This document shows, in pieces, positions 1 to 9,124 of a DNA stretch of 43,242 bases. This DNA comes from an uncultured Butyrivibrio sp. (GTDB lineage: Bacteria > Bacillota > Clostridia > Lachnospirales > Lachnospiraceae), in contig CAMJFD010000001.1 of assembly GCA_946404845.1 (NCBI GenBank), positions 1 through 43,242 on the forward strand, in the 5' to 3' direction. The position numbers were made by a program, and so were the translations under genes. The notes under the pieces were generated by a model. The model worked only from the letters and a program-made list of their open reading frames with translations, ran no database searches and was not told where the DNA came from. Numbering within the stretch: the stretch's first letter is position 1; each line of letters starts with the position of its first letter.

Positions 1-519
1 ATCAGCAGTTATACAGAGAGTATATCTGAAGCTGAAGAGCAGGCGAGACAGATAGAAGCTGATATTGAATCACAGAATGAGGATATTGAAGCTCTTGAAG
101 CAAAACTTGCTGAAGAAATAAGGTTGTCAAAACTGGCTGCAAATTCTAAATGGAGAGATATCTCCGAAGTTACATTTGCAGAAGGAGACAGATATCTACT
201 GGCAAACCTTATATACTGTGAAGCAGGAGCTGAACCATATGCTGGTAAGGTTGCTGTTGGAGCGGTAGTAATTAATAGGGTTCTGAGTTCGGTATATCCA
301 GACACAGTAGTGGGAGTTATATATCAGAGCGGACAGTTCTCTCCTGTTGCAAGCGGAAGACTTGCTACGGCACTTGCAAATGGAAGTGCCAATGATGCTT
401 GCTACCAGGCTGCAGATGAAGCTATGGCAGGTAATACCAATGTCGGTAACTGCGTTTATTTCAGAACACCAATTCCGGGTCTTACTGGTACAAATATTGG
501 TGGACATGTATTTTATTAA
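1..519 (+). CDS. Cell-wall hydrolase, SleB/Hydrolase_2 family, with N-terminal coiled coil (5' partial)
   Basis: The frame is open from base 1 (ISSYTESISEAEEQARQIEADIESQNEDIEALEAKLAEE, heptad-like) into the 124..519 ORF, which carries LLANLIYCEAGAEPYAGKVAVGAVVINRV, YQSGQFSPV and IGGHVFY, typical of SleB-type lytic transglycosylases. Confidence 0.88.
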   Translation: MSSYTESISEAEEQARQIEADIESQNEDIEALEAKLAEEIRLSKLAANSKWRDISEVTFAEGDRYLLANLIYCEAGAEPYAGKVAVGAVVINRVLSSVYPDTVVGVIYQSGQFSPVASGRLATALANGSANDACYQAADEAMAGNTNVGNCVYFRTPIPGLTGTNIGGHVFY

Positions 520-523
520 AAAT

Positions 524-555
524 AAGAGGGTGTGAAAATTATTTCACACCCTCTT
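524..555. terminator. Bidirectional intrinsic terminator
   Basis: Perfect 14-bp stem AAGAGGGTGTGAAA/TTTCACACCCTCTT with 4-nt loop between two convergent genes. Confidence 0.85.
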
Positions 556-1043
556 TAGTAGGAAACATTTATTACGTTTAATAATGGAGCAGAGAGATTC
601 TCAATTCCATTTTCGTATAATTCAGTTAATAGTCTGTTTAATCGGAGCAGGCTTTTCTTGAGCAGTTCAGATGATAATAAGCCCTGATCAAATGCCTTTT
701 CTAATTCATCAAGATCGACTACCTTTATAAAACCATCAGGTTTGATAATTACGTCAGCAAGGAGATCTAGTGTTACGAGTGAATTAGTTTCTGGATTATA
801 TTTATAATCAACAATGTCACAGTACCAGTGGCGCAGTGAGCCATCAGGCTGAATGAATTTGCTGACTTTGTATCCGAGTTTTAAATAGTAAATGGAATAT
901 CCAGTCGAAATATCTGAACGTTTGTGCAGAGCTTGCCATGATGTTACAATAATATCATCGTCAATATGCAGAATGATATCATCTTTTAGCTCGATGCATT
1001 CATTTGGAATTAGACGTTTTCGATAAAGAATCGGGTGGTTCAT
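555..1043 (-). CDS. DUF402-family protein
   Basis: 162 aa; WYCDI...DLLADV...VVDLDEL pattern of DUF402; GGAGG RBS upstream. Confidence 0.75.
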   Translation of the reverse strand: MNHPILYRKRLIPNECIELKDDIILHIDDDIIVTSWQALHKRSDISTGYSIYYLKLGYKVSKFIQPDGSLRHWYCDIVDYKYNPETNSLVTLDLLADVIIKPDGFIKVVDLDELEKAFDQGLLSSELLKKSLLRLNRLLTELYENGIENLSAPLLNVINVSY

Positions 1044-1139
1044 ATGGGTACCTCCCTTAACAGATAATTTTTTATGATTTACTGTTATACAAATATTAGA
1101 CTACAAATTGACTAAAGTCAACGAAGATGAAGGCGTAAA

Positions 1140-3680
1140 ATGAAAAAAACGATAATTAAAATCATATACATAATCGCGGTATTCATATTATCAATACTAA
1201 TTATCAGTAAAATATCCAATACAGAAAATACGGATATGACTGCAGAAATGCAGGAGGCAACTTTTCCTGTTGTAACACTTTCAGAAAATGGTGTGAGTGT
1301 TAACCCATTGCATGGGTATGCCACAGAAATGACTGTAAACAAGATGCGAGAAACTATTTTACCACTTGGAAGCAGCAGAAATGTTTCACTTAGTGTTGAT
1401 ACTTATGGTAGAAGCATAGACAATATGTATTTTGAAGTAAGAGAAATAGATGCATCTGGTCTTGTTGAGAGCACAGATATCACAGACTATAGTACAAATG
1501 AGAATACTATTACTGCTTCATTTCAGATCAAAGACCTTATAGATTATGATACTGAATATATGCTGGTTATTGTTCTTGAGACTGATGGACAGGAGATTCG
1601 TTATTATAATCGTATAATTGCAACAGAGGATGACAGCAGTTATAACATAGCAGAAGCTGTTAATTTTGTTACTAATTTTTCTAATATGACGTTTGATGAC
1701 AGTATAGATTCATCTGAGCTGACCTCTTATCTGGAATCAAGCTCTGAAGGAGATAACAGCTCATACGCTTATGTGAATATCAATAGCAGTTACAAACAGG
1801 TAACCTGGGGAGATCTTAATATCAAAGAGCATACAAGCCCTGATATATATATTAGAGATTCACATGAACAGACATCTGTAATAGAGCTGCAGTATCAGGT
1901 TGTACTGAATACAGATTCTGGAGACAAGACATACAATGTGGTTGAAGACTACAGAGTTAGATATACATCAGACAGGCTTTATCTTCTGAACTATGAGAGA
2001 ACTATGAATTATATATTCTCTGGAGATACAGCAGATATCACCGGAGATAAGATAGAGCTCAGTATATCAGACAGCAATATGGAACTTGTGGAAAGTGAAG
2101 GCGGAAGCGCATTTGCCTTTGTTAATGAAGATAGACTTTTTGCCTATAATAGTACTAGTAACAAGCTGGCATTATTATTTGGTTTTTATGATGATGAGAA
2201 TAATGATATTAGAACCACATGGCAAAAAAATGAGATAGAAATACTGGGAGTAGATGAGGGTGGAAACGTAAGATTTGTTGTTGCCGGATACATGAATCGT
2301 GGTGAACATGAAGGTTATGTTGGAACTGCGGTTTATCAGTATGATGCTACAACAAATGCAGTAGAAGAGCTGGTATTCGTACCATGTCAGGAATCACCTG
2401 AAATACTTGTATCATATGCCAAGGAACTTACATATCTTAGCAGTGATAACACATTCTACATGATAATGGATAATGACGTATTTGCAGTTGATATATCTAC
2501 TAAGAGTTATGAGAGAGTCATTGAAGATATTCATGCTGGAGATTACAAGATATCAGAAACTCACAATATGGTTGCATGGCAGGGAAGCGATTATACAAGC
2601 CTGAGTCTTATGAATCTGTCAACCCAGACGTCCAAGCAGATTGATGTTAACAGCGGAGAATATATAAGACTTATAGGATTTATGGGAGAAGACCTCGTAT
2701 ATGGACTTGTACGAGAAAGCGATGTTCATAATGATCAGATGGGTAATCCTGTATATGCTATGTACTGCCTGATAATAGAGGACAGTGAAGGTAATATTCT
2801 GGAGAATTATACTCCATCTGGAGTATTTATAACCAGTGCTACTATAAGTAGTAACCAGATTACAATGAACAGAGTTACATGGAATGAAGAGTCACAGATA
2901 TTTGAAACAGCAAATGATGACCAGATTATGAGTACTCTGGAAGAAGATGAGGGTACTAATATACTCACACTTGTTGCATCAGACGATTATGAGAATATTC
3001 TGGAAATAGATACTAAGAGCGATATTAATACTAAGAGTCTTCTGTTGCAGACGCCAAGTCTTACACTTCATGAGGATAGCAGAGAAGTGGCTATAGAACA
3101 GAGTGAAGAAGATGATGCTACAACATATTATGTATATGGTATGCATGAGATGGAAGGTATATATACCAATCCTGCAAATGCAGTAACAACTGCTTATAAT
3201 GCTCCTGGTGTAGTTGTTAATAATCAGAATGACTATGTATGGATAAGAGGAAATCTTCTTACATCTAATCAGATAATGAATATAACATATATTGCAGAAG
3301 ACTGGGATGATATGACAGATGAGAATTCCACTGCTGTCTGCCTGGATCTGATATTACAGAATGAAGATATTAACAGAAATGTTCAGGACCTTTTAGATGA
3401 AGGTAATTCTGTTACAGATATCCTTGAAAGTTCACTTCCTGATTATGATATTCTCAATTTGGAAGGCTGTACAATGGATGCAATGCTCTATTATGTTAAT
3501 CAGGATATTCCTGTTATGGCATCACTAAGTGATGGAAATAGTGTCCTTATCATAGGATTTAACAGCCTTAATACAGTACTTGTAGATCCAAGATCTGGAA
3601 CAGTATATAAGATGGGTATGAATGATTCAAGAGAAATGTTTGAAGAAAGCGGCAATAAATTCATTACTTATGTAAAATAA
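1140..3680 (+). CDS. Membrane-anchored acidic hypothetical protein with C-terminal C39-like (probably degenerate) domain
   Basis: 846-aa ORF; N-terminal MKK + hydrophobic helix; D/E-rich body; C-terminal YYVNQDIPVMA...SVLIIGF...LVDP. Confidence 0.7.
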   Translation: MKKTIIKIIYIIAVFILSILIISKISNTENTDMTAEMQEATFPVVTLSENGVSVNPLHGYATEMTVNKMRETILPLGSSRNVSLSVDTYGRSIDNMYFEVREIDASGLVESTDITDYSTNENTITASFQIKDLIDYDTEYMLVIVLETDGQEIRYYNRIIATEDDSSYNIAEAVNFVTNFSNMTFDDSIDSSELTSYLESSSEGDNSSYAYVNINSSYKQVTWGDLNIKEHTSPDIYIRDSHEQTSVIELQYQVVLNTDSGDKTYNVVEDYRVRYTSDRLYLLNYERTMNYIFSGDTADITGDKIELSISDSNMELVESEGGSAFAFVNEDRLFAYNSTSNKLALLFGFYDDENNDIRTTWQKNEIEILGVDEGGNVRFVVAGYMNRGEHEGYVGTAVYQYDATTNAVEELVFVPCQESPEILVSYAKELTYLSSDNTFYMIMDNDVFAVDISTKSYERVIEDIHAGDYKISETHNMVAWQGSDYTSLSLMNLSTQTSKQIDVNSGEYIRLIGFMGEDLVYGLVRESDVHNDQMGNPVYAMYCLIIEDSEGNILENYTPSGVFITSATISSNQITMNRVTWNEESQIFETANDDQIMSTLEEDEGTNILTLVASDDYENILEIDTKSDINTKSLLLQTPSLTLHEDSREVAIEQSEEDDATTYYVYGMHEMEGIYTNPANAVTTAYNAPGVVVNNQNDYVWIRGNLLTSNQIMNITYIAEDWDDMTDENSTAVCLDLILQNEDINRNVQDLLDEGNSVTDILESSLPDYDILNLEGCTMDAMLYYVNQDIPVMASLSDGNSVLIIGFNSLNTVLVDPRSGTVYKMGMNDSREMFEESGNKFITYVK

Positions 3681-3711
3681 GAAATCTAATTAGATTATGG
3701 TTATATAGAAT

Positions 3712-3750
3712 AAAAAGCTGTTGCACAAATATAAATGCAACAGCTTTTTT
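3712..3750. terminator. Bidirectional intrinsic terminator
   Basis: AAAAAGCTGTTGCA...TGCAACAGCTTTTT inverted repeat with A/T tracts between convergent genes. Confidence 0.85.
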
Positions 3751-3764
3751 TATAGTATTATTTA

Positions 3765-4961
3765 TCAGTCTACAAGTTCACCATTGTTTTCATTGTATCT
3801 GTCAACGATACTGTTGATACGTTCAATAGGATTTAAGAGATCGCTGATTGAAGCATCATGGTTAAGTGTATCAATAATGTAAGCAATGTACTTACTCATA
3901 TCTGTACTGATGTACCAGTCACGAGACAGAAGCTCAGGAGTCTGGTATATAAGGTTTGTTGTAAGGATCTTATCAATAAGGCCTTCTTCATGAGCCTTGT
4001 CAAAAATCTCAAGACCGTTTGTGAACAGACCAAATGTAGAGAATACAAATATCTGTGCAGCCTTACGCTCTTTAAGAGCTCTTGCAACATCAAGGATACT
4101 TTCGCCAGAAGAAATCATATCATCGATAATAATAACTGACTTACCTTCTACAGAAGATCCAAGGAATTCGTGTGAAACGATTGGGTTACGGCCATCTACA
4201 ACTGTTGTGTAGTCACGTCTCTTATAGAACATACCTACATCAAGACCAAGTACGCTTGCAAGATAGATAGCACGTCCCATACCACCTTCATCTGGTGAGA
4301 TAACCATCATATTATCAGAGTTGATCTTAAGGCCATTAACATTCTTGAGAAGAGCCTTGATAAACTGATATGTTGTACGTACTGTTTCAAAACCATGAAG
4401 TGGGATAGCGTTCTGTACACGAGGATCATGAGCATCAAAAGTAATAATATTATCAACACCCATGTTTACGAGTTCCTGTAATGCCATAGCACAATCGAGA
4501 GATTCACGGGATGATCTCTTGTGCTGTCTGCTTTCATATAAGAAAGGCATGATTACAGTGATTCTTCTTGCTTTACCGCCAACGGCAGCAATGATTCTTT
4601 TTAAATCCTGATAATGATCATCAGGAGACATATGATTTTCTTTACCAAAGAGAGAATATGTAAGACTATAGTTACAAACATCGACCATAAGATACAGGTC
4701 ATCACCACGAACGGACTGTTTAATAACACCCTTCGCTTCACCACTACCAAAACGTGGAACATCGGCTTCTAAAATATATGAAGGACGCTCATAACCTGTA
4801 AAAGCTAAGCTTCCTTTATGTTCATTTTCTCGTTCAGCTCTCCATTTAACGAGATAATAGTCAACTTTTTCTCCAAGAGAATAACAACCCTTTAATGGAA
4901 TAAGTCCTAACGACCCAACAGGGATTGTCTCCAAATTTCTTTTTTCTTCTCTTCTTGGCAT
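3765..4961 (-). CDS. prs: Ribose-phosphate pyrophosphokinase (long clostridial type)
   Basis: FGSGE, PFLYESRQHKR, DAHDPRVQ, VISPDEGG and the PRPP-binding IIIDDMISSGES motif. Confidence 0.95.
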   Translation of the reverse strand: MPRREEKRNLETIPVGSLGLIPLKGCYSLGEKVDYYLVKWRAERENEHKGSLAFTGYERPSYILEADVPRFGSGEAKGVIKQSVRGDDLYLMVDVCNYSLTYSLFGKENHMSPDDHYQDLKRIIAAVGGKARRITVIMPFLYESRQHKRSSRESLDCAMALQELVNMGVDNIITFDAHDPRVQNAIPLHGFETVRTTYQFIKALLKNVNGLKINSDNMMVISPDEGGMGRAIYLASVLGLDVGMFYKRRDYTTVVDGRNPIVSHEFLGSSVEGKSVIIIDDMISSGESILDVARALKERKAAQIFVFSTFGLFTNGLEIFDKAHEEGLIDKILTTNLIYQTPELLSRDWYISTDMSKYIAYIIDTLNHDASISDLLNPIERINSIVDRYNENNGELVD

Positions 4962-4973
4962 TACTGAAAATCC

Positions 4974-5942
4974 TCACTTTCCTTTTGACAACTTTTTAAG
5001 AAATCGAATATCTTTACCAGACATCTTGAGAATAATGTAGTTGTTAGTAATACGACTAAATATTCTGTCTGAATAACGATCTCGAAGTTCTTTGATAGAT
5101 AAATTTGTGGTAATAATAGTGGATTTCTTGCGGTTAAACCTCTCATTTAGACATGAAAAAAGCTCGGAAGATACAAAGTTATTAGTTCTTTCAGTCCCCA
5201 AGTCATCAATGATTAGTAAGTCACAACTATATAAATCCTCATATAAACTATGTAGTTCGTCTGTTTTGCGATAATCATAAGAGTTCTCTGATAATGTCTC
5301 AAACAGACCACCAGAGCTAAAATATACTACAGAGTGACCTCTGTCAAGTAGTTCCTTGGCTATACAAACAGACAGGAACGATTTACCAGTACCAACTGTA
5401 CCATAAAAAAATATGTTTTGATAGTCTGTATCAAAATTATTAATAAAATCTTCACACGCTTTGACTGTAGTATGGAATCTGTCGAGATCTTCGCCAGTGT
5501 AATACTTGTCAGTCATAAGTGAAAAGTTTGCTGTTTCTGCAAGGCGCTTAATATTAGATTCTTCATATAAATATTCAATTATTTGCTGACGAAAACAATG
5601 ACATTTTTCGTTACCAATGTAACCAGTATCCTTACAATCAGGACAGTCATAATGTAGCTCAAGATAATCAGCAGCAAGACCGGCTTCCTGTAGTAGAGCC
5701 TTTTTCTGCTGACTAATAGAAGAGAGCTTCTTCTGAAGATCTTCTGGTGATACCTTTTCACCACTTAGTCGCAATTTAGCATGTTCAACACTAACTGTTG
5801 ATACGGACTCATCAAGTTCTTTATATCCTGGAACATGATTATAGACATAATCAAGCCTTTCGGCCTGATCATGTCTATATTTAGCCCTTTTAGTTTCGTA
5901 CCCATGCATTATTGCATCATATTGTGCATTTGATAAAGACAT
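4974..5942 (-). CDS. dnaC: DnaC/DnaI-like helicase loader (IstB-like AAA+ ATPase)
   Basis: CPDCKDTG...CHC zinc motif, Walker A GTVGTGKS, Walker B LLIIDDLGTE, IITTNL, DRIFSR; lies directly downstream of a DnaD gene. Confidence 0.88.
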   Translation of the reverse strand: MSLSNAQYDAIMHGYETKRAKYRHDQAERLDYVYNHVPGYKELDESVSTVSVEHAKLRLSGEKVSPEDLQKKLSSISQQKKALLQEAGLAADYLELHYDCPDCKDTGYIGNEKCHCFRQQIIEYLYEESNIKRLAETANFSLMTDKYYTGEDLDRFHTTVKACEDFINNFDTDYQNIFFYGTVGTGKSFLSVCIAKELLDRGHSVVYFSSGGLFETLSENSYDYRKTDELHSLYEDLYSCDLLIIDDLGTERTNNFVSSELFSCLNERFNRKKSTIITTNLSIKELRDRYSDRIFSRITNNYIILKMSGKDIRFLKKLSKGK

Positions 5943-5952
5943 GGTTCTCCCC

Positions 5953-7020
5953 TTAATTATCTAAAATTTGTTTTTCCAGCTCATCAAAGTCATAGTCGTT
6001 CTGCTGGAATTTGTTGAATGGGTTGCTGTTTACATCGATGGTTGAAGCCTTGGCTTTTCTGGTTTTAGCAAAGCCAGCGGAAAAAATAGCATCGCATTTC
6101 GCAATATCCCCTTTTACTTTGACACCTGACTCGTGCCAATTGCGAAGAATGCCGTCACAATATTTGAGACGATTTTTTTGTGTTGCCAAAACAGTGCGAT
6201 CACAGGCTTCCATAATTATATCCATCGAAAAATTATACTCTCCCTGCCATCTTGAAATGAAGTTAACTTCTCTTTCTGTTGGCGCATTTTCCATACCGAG
6301 TGCTTTCATGATCGAAATGATGTTTTCATCATATTTAAATGATTCCGCGCGCGCCTGTTTTGGATTTGTAATTCCTCTTTGATTCCAATTAATAGCAACC
6401 TTTTCCATGTAACGGAAATCTTTTTTATTGTTATCGACGCAGTACTGCATCAGATAATCAATCAAATCATTGCTGAACTGTAATTCGTCATGAATGTAGA
6501 ATATAGTATTCATTTCATTAGAATTAAGAGTTCTGCCAAAATACTGCTCAGCTATAAATATTATGTAAGCTGTATCTGGATCATTGCTGAATTCCTTGAT
6601 CTGAGCTGCTGTATAGTTAGGCTTTTCAGGTACTTGTGGAGCTGCTGGAGCAGACACTACCTGCTTGGTTGGAACTGAGATAACAAAAGTATCTCCATCA
6701 TTATGTTTTTGTGCTTTATGTGGAACAATATCTTCCATATGAATGCTTGATAACTGACGGTGCTCGTCATACTGAAGAGTAATAAGTCCCTGCTTTTCCC
6801 AATATTTGAGAGAGCGCAGTACGTCCTTCTCTGTATGATTGAATTTGTCAGCAATATCATTAACGCTTGTTGGAAGATTCGCTGTCATCATGCGAAGTAA
6901 ATATAAATAGACCTTAATCTGCGCATCGTTCGCGTCTCCCATATATTCGTCGATAAATATATTGGACAAACTAGTCGCATTGACCCCATTATTTTGATTG
7001 ATAGTAACTCTCCCCATCAT
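5953..7020 (-). CDS. dnaD: DnaD/DnaB-domain replication initiation protein
   Basis: SNIFIDEYM...IKVYLYLLR N-domain and two DnaD repeats (YMEKVAINW, YCDGILRNW). Start placed at ATG 7020, 6 nt from AGGTGA; the ORF track start is 7026. Confidence 0.88.
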   Translation of the reverse strand: MMGRVTINQNNGVNATSLSNIFIDEYMGDANDAQIKVYLYLLRMMTANLPTSVNDIADKFNHTEKDVLRSLKYWEKQGLITLQYDEHRQLSSIHMEDIVPHKAQKHNDGDTFVISVPTKQVVSAPAAPQVPEKPNYTAAQIKEFSNDPDTAYIIFIAEQYFGRTLNSNEMNTIFYIHDELQFSNDLIDYLMQYCVDNNKKDFRYMEKVAINWNQRGITNPKQARAESFKYDENIISIMKALGMENAPTEREVNFISRWQGEYNFSMDIIMEACDRTVLATQKNRLKYCDGILRNWHESGVKVKGDIAKCDAIFSAGFAKTRKAKASTIDVNSNPFNKFQQNDYDFDELEKQILDN

Positions 7021-7170
7021 AAACATTCACCTGTCTTTACTAAGTAGTCTTATCCAGAAAGAAAATTACTTTATAGGAAAAACGAATACTAATTCTTAAT
7101 TCTTATAAAGTAAATCTGATAATTATTGTTATAAAATTTCGTGTTGTCTCTTTCGGACAATATGAATGAT

Positions 7171-7200
7171 AGCATAGGGAAAACAAAAAACATATGTCAA
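7171..7200 (-). promoter_or_regulatory. Sigma-A promoter of dnaD-dnaC-prs
   Basis: Minus strand TTGACA-18 bp-TATGCT. Confidence 0.6.
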
Positions 7201-7251
7201 AAACGACGATAATATTTTGAAGAAAATCTAAAGTTAAAATATTTTAATCTT

Positions 7252-7400
7252 TGTGGACAATGTGGATACAGTGGAACGTGTTTTTCAAAAATAAAAAACA
7301 AAGCCGATATTATAGGACTAAAATAGTCAAATAATATCGGCGGTTATCCACGAATAAAACCGGTGGAAATTTATGTTTAAAAAGTGGATAAAGTGGAAAA
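7252..7400. promoter_or_regulatory. DnaA-box cluster
   Basis: TGTGGACAA (7252), TGTGGATAC (7261), TTATCCACG (7344), AGTGGATAA (7383), AGTGGAAAA (7392), each one mismatch from TTWTNCACA or its complement; weaker copies at 7270 and 7362; TTATCCAGA at 7050. Confidence 0.7.
7287..7341 (-). terminator. murC intrinsic terminator
   Basis: GCCGATATTAT/ATAATATCGGC stem with inner GACTA/TAGTC (7303-7341), followed on the minus strand by a U-rich tract. Confidence 0.75.
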
Positions 7401-7401
7401 A

Positions 7402-8787
7402 TTATTTTCCAAGCAGATGATGCCCCACATTTACAATATCTCCGGCTCCCATTGTTATCAACAAGTCACCCTCTGTGCAATTTTGCAAAAGAAATTTTTC
7501 TATCTCTTCAAAAGATGGAAAATAATTACAATTATGTCCAAGTTCAATTATTTTGTTCTGAAGAGTACGTGAGCTGATGCCAAGTGTATCAGTCTCTCTG
7601 GCAGCATAAATGTCTGCAAGTACTACATTATCAGCAAGTGAAAGTGCTGATGCAAAATCATCCATAAGAGCTTTGGTACGTGTGTATGTATGTGGCTGGA
7701 ATACGCACCAGATGTTCTTGTGAGGATAATTCTTGGCAGCTTCAAGAGTAGCTCTGATTTCTGTTGGATGATGAGCGTAATCGTCAATAATAGTAACGCC
7801 ATCAACAACTCCCTTATACTCGAAACGTCTGTTAGTGCCACCAAAATCAGCAATTGCCTTTTTGATATGCGGCTCGTCTACGCCAAATATGTCTGAAACA
7901 GCAGCTGTAGCAAGAGCATTAAAGACATTATGTTCACCAGGAACACCAACGCTAATAACGTCAGATTCGCCGTTCTTTCTATTTAATGTAAATGTTGCAC
8001 ATGCATATTCGTTGTAACTAATATCTGTTGGATAATAGTCATTGTCACTGCTTGTACCATATGTAATTACATGGCATTTAAGGCCATCTGTGAAATATGA
8101 AACATTATCAATATCACCATTAATTACAATGTAGCCGTCATCAGGAACAAGTTCGCAGAACTTTCTAAATGAATGTCTGATATCATCAAGATCCTTGAAG
8201 AAGTCAAGGTGATCTGCATCAATATCAAGAATTACAGCAACACCTGGGAAAAATGACAGGAAACTGTTTGTATATTCGCATGCTTCTGTAACAAAGAGGT
8301 CTGAACCACCTACTTTTATATTGCCGCCTATATCTTTGAAAATACCACCTATTGATAATGTAGGATCAAGATCAGCTTCAAGCATTACTTTAGAAATCAT
8401 GGAAGTAGTAGTAGTCTTGCCGTGAGTTCCGCTTACACATACTGGAAGTCTGTATCCCTTCATTATCTGGCCGAGAAGCTCAGCTCTTGTAAGCATAGGA
8501 ATGTTGTTTTTTACGGCGTATGCATATTCAGGATTGTCTGCATGGACAGCTGCTGTATATACAACTACATCTATAGGAAGAGACTCAATAAGATTTTCTT
8601 CCTTCTGACCATAGTAAACCTTGATTCCAAGGGCTTCTAACGCCTTTGTATTCTCTGATTCTTTTGCATCTGAACCTGAGATCTTAAATCCCTTGCTCTG
8701 TAAAATGTGAGCGAGTCCGCTCATAGATATACCACCAATACCTATAAAGTAAACATGGACTGGCTTTTGCAAATCTATTGTATACAT
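7402..8787 (-). CDS. murC: UDP-N-acetylmuramate--L-alanine ligase
   Basis: FIGIGGISMSGLA, GTHGKTTT, EACEY, DHLD, DDYAHHPTE, FQPH, MGAGD; likely start MYTIDL at ATG 8787. Confidence 0.96.
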   Translation of the reverse strand: MYTIDLQKPVHVYFIGIGGISMSGLAHILQSKGFKISGSDAKESENTKALEALGIKVYYGQKEENLIESLPIDVVVYTAAVHADNPEYAYAVKNNIPMLTRAELLGQIMKGYRLPVCVSGTHGKTTTTSMISKVMLEADLDPTLSIGGIFKDIGGNIKVGGSDLFVTEACEYTNSFLSFFPGVAVILDIDADHLDFFKDLDDIRHSFRKFCELVPDDGYIVINGDIDNVSYFTDGLKCHVITYGTSSDNDYYPTDISYNEYACATFTLNRKNGESDVISVGVPGEHNVFNALATAAVSDIFGVDEPHIKKAIADFGGTNRRFEYKGVVDGVTIIDDYAHHPTEIRATLEAAKNYPHKNIWCVFQPHTYTRTKALMDDFASALSLADNVVLADIYAARETDTLGISSRTLQNKIIELGHNCNYFPSFEEIEKFLLQNCTEGDLLITMGAGDIVNVGHHLLGK

Positions 8788-8841
8788 TTTTCTTTTCACT
8801 CTTTTCTTATTAAATGTTGCAGAAAATAATCTGTTCAACAA

Positions 8842-8870
8842 AGTATATCGCAGAGTAGAATATTAGTCAA
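8842..8870 (-). promoter_or_regulatory. Sigma-A promoter of murC
   Basis: Minus strand TTGACT-17 bp-TATACT. Confidence 0.7.
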
Positions 8871-9002
8871 AAAAGGAAACGTCATCTCGTAAAAACCTTT
8901 ATTCATAAGCGTTTTAAGAATTTTGGAACAAATTCTTAAGAAAAAAGTTTGTTTAAACTTTATATTTTGGTAAGATTTTTAAGGGAATTTTTGTAAAATT
9001 CG

Positions 9003-9031
9003 TTCACGAAAAGGGTTTTATGTGTTATACT
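9003..9031 (+). promoter_or_regulatory. Sigma-A promoter of glgCD (extended -10)
   Basis: TTCACG-17 bp-TATACT with TGn extension. Confidence 0.55.
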
Positions 9032-9124
9032 TTTTTTAGATTTTCAGTGGGTTTAAACATGCAATCATTTGCTTGAGAAATCCTCTTGATTTTTCGAGAA
9101 AACTTACAACGAGGTGAAAACAAC

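Noticed and set aside
4974-7020. IS21 istB or prophage replication module
   Set aside because: No transposase, integrase or phage genes; flanked by prs and murC, consistent with host dnaD-dnaC.
7027-7401. Replication origin (oriC)
   Set aside because: DnaA boxes and an AT-rich tract are present, but no perfect box, no dnaA/dnaN neighbour and no evident DnaA-trio repeat; treated as a regulatory cluster instead.
8871-9010. CcpA cre or Rex sites in the murC-glgC spacer
   Set aside because: Only partial matches (e.g. TTGTAAA-N5-TTCACGA, ATAAGCGTTTT) with wrong spacing or missing conserved ends.
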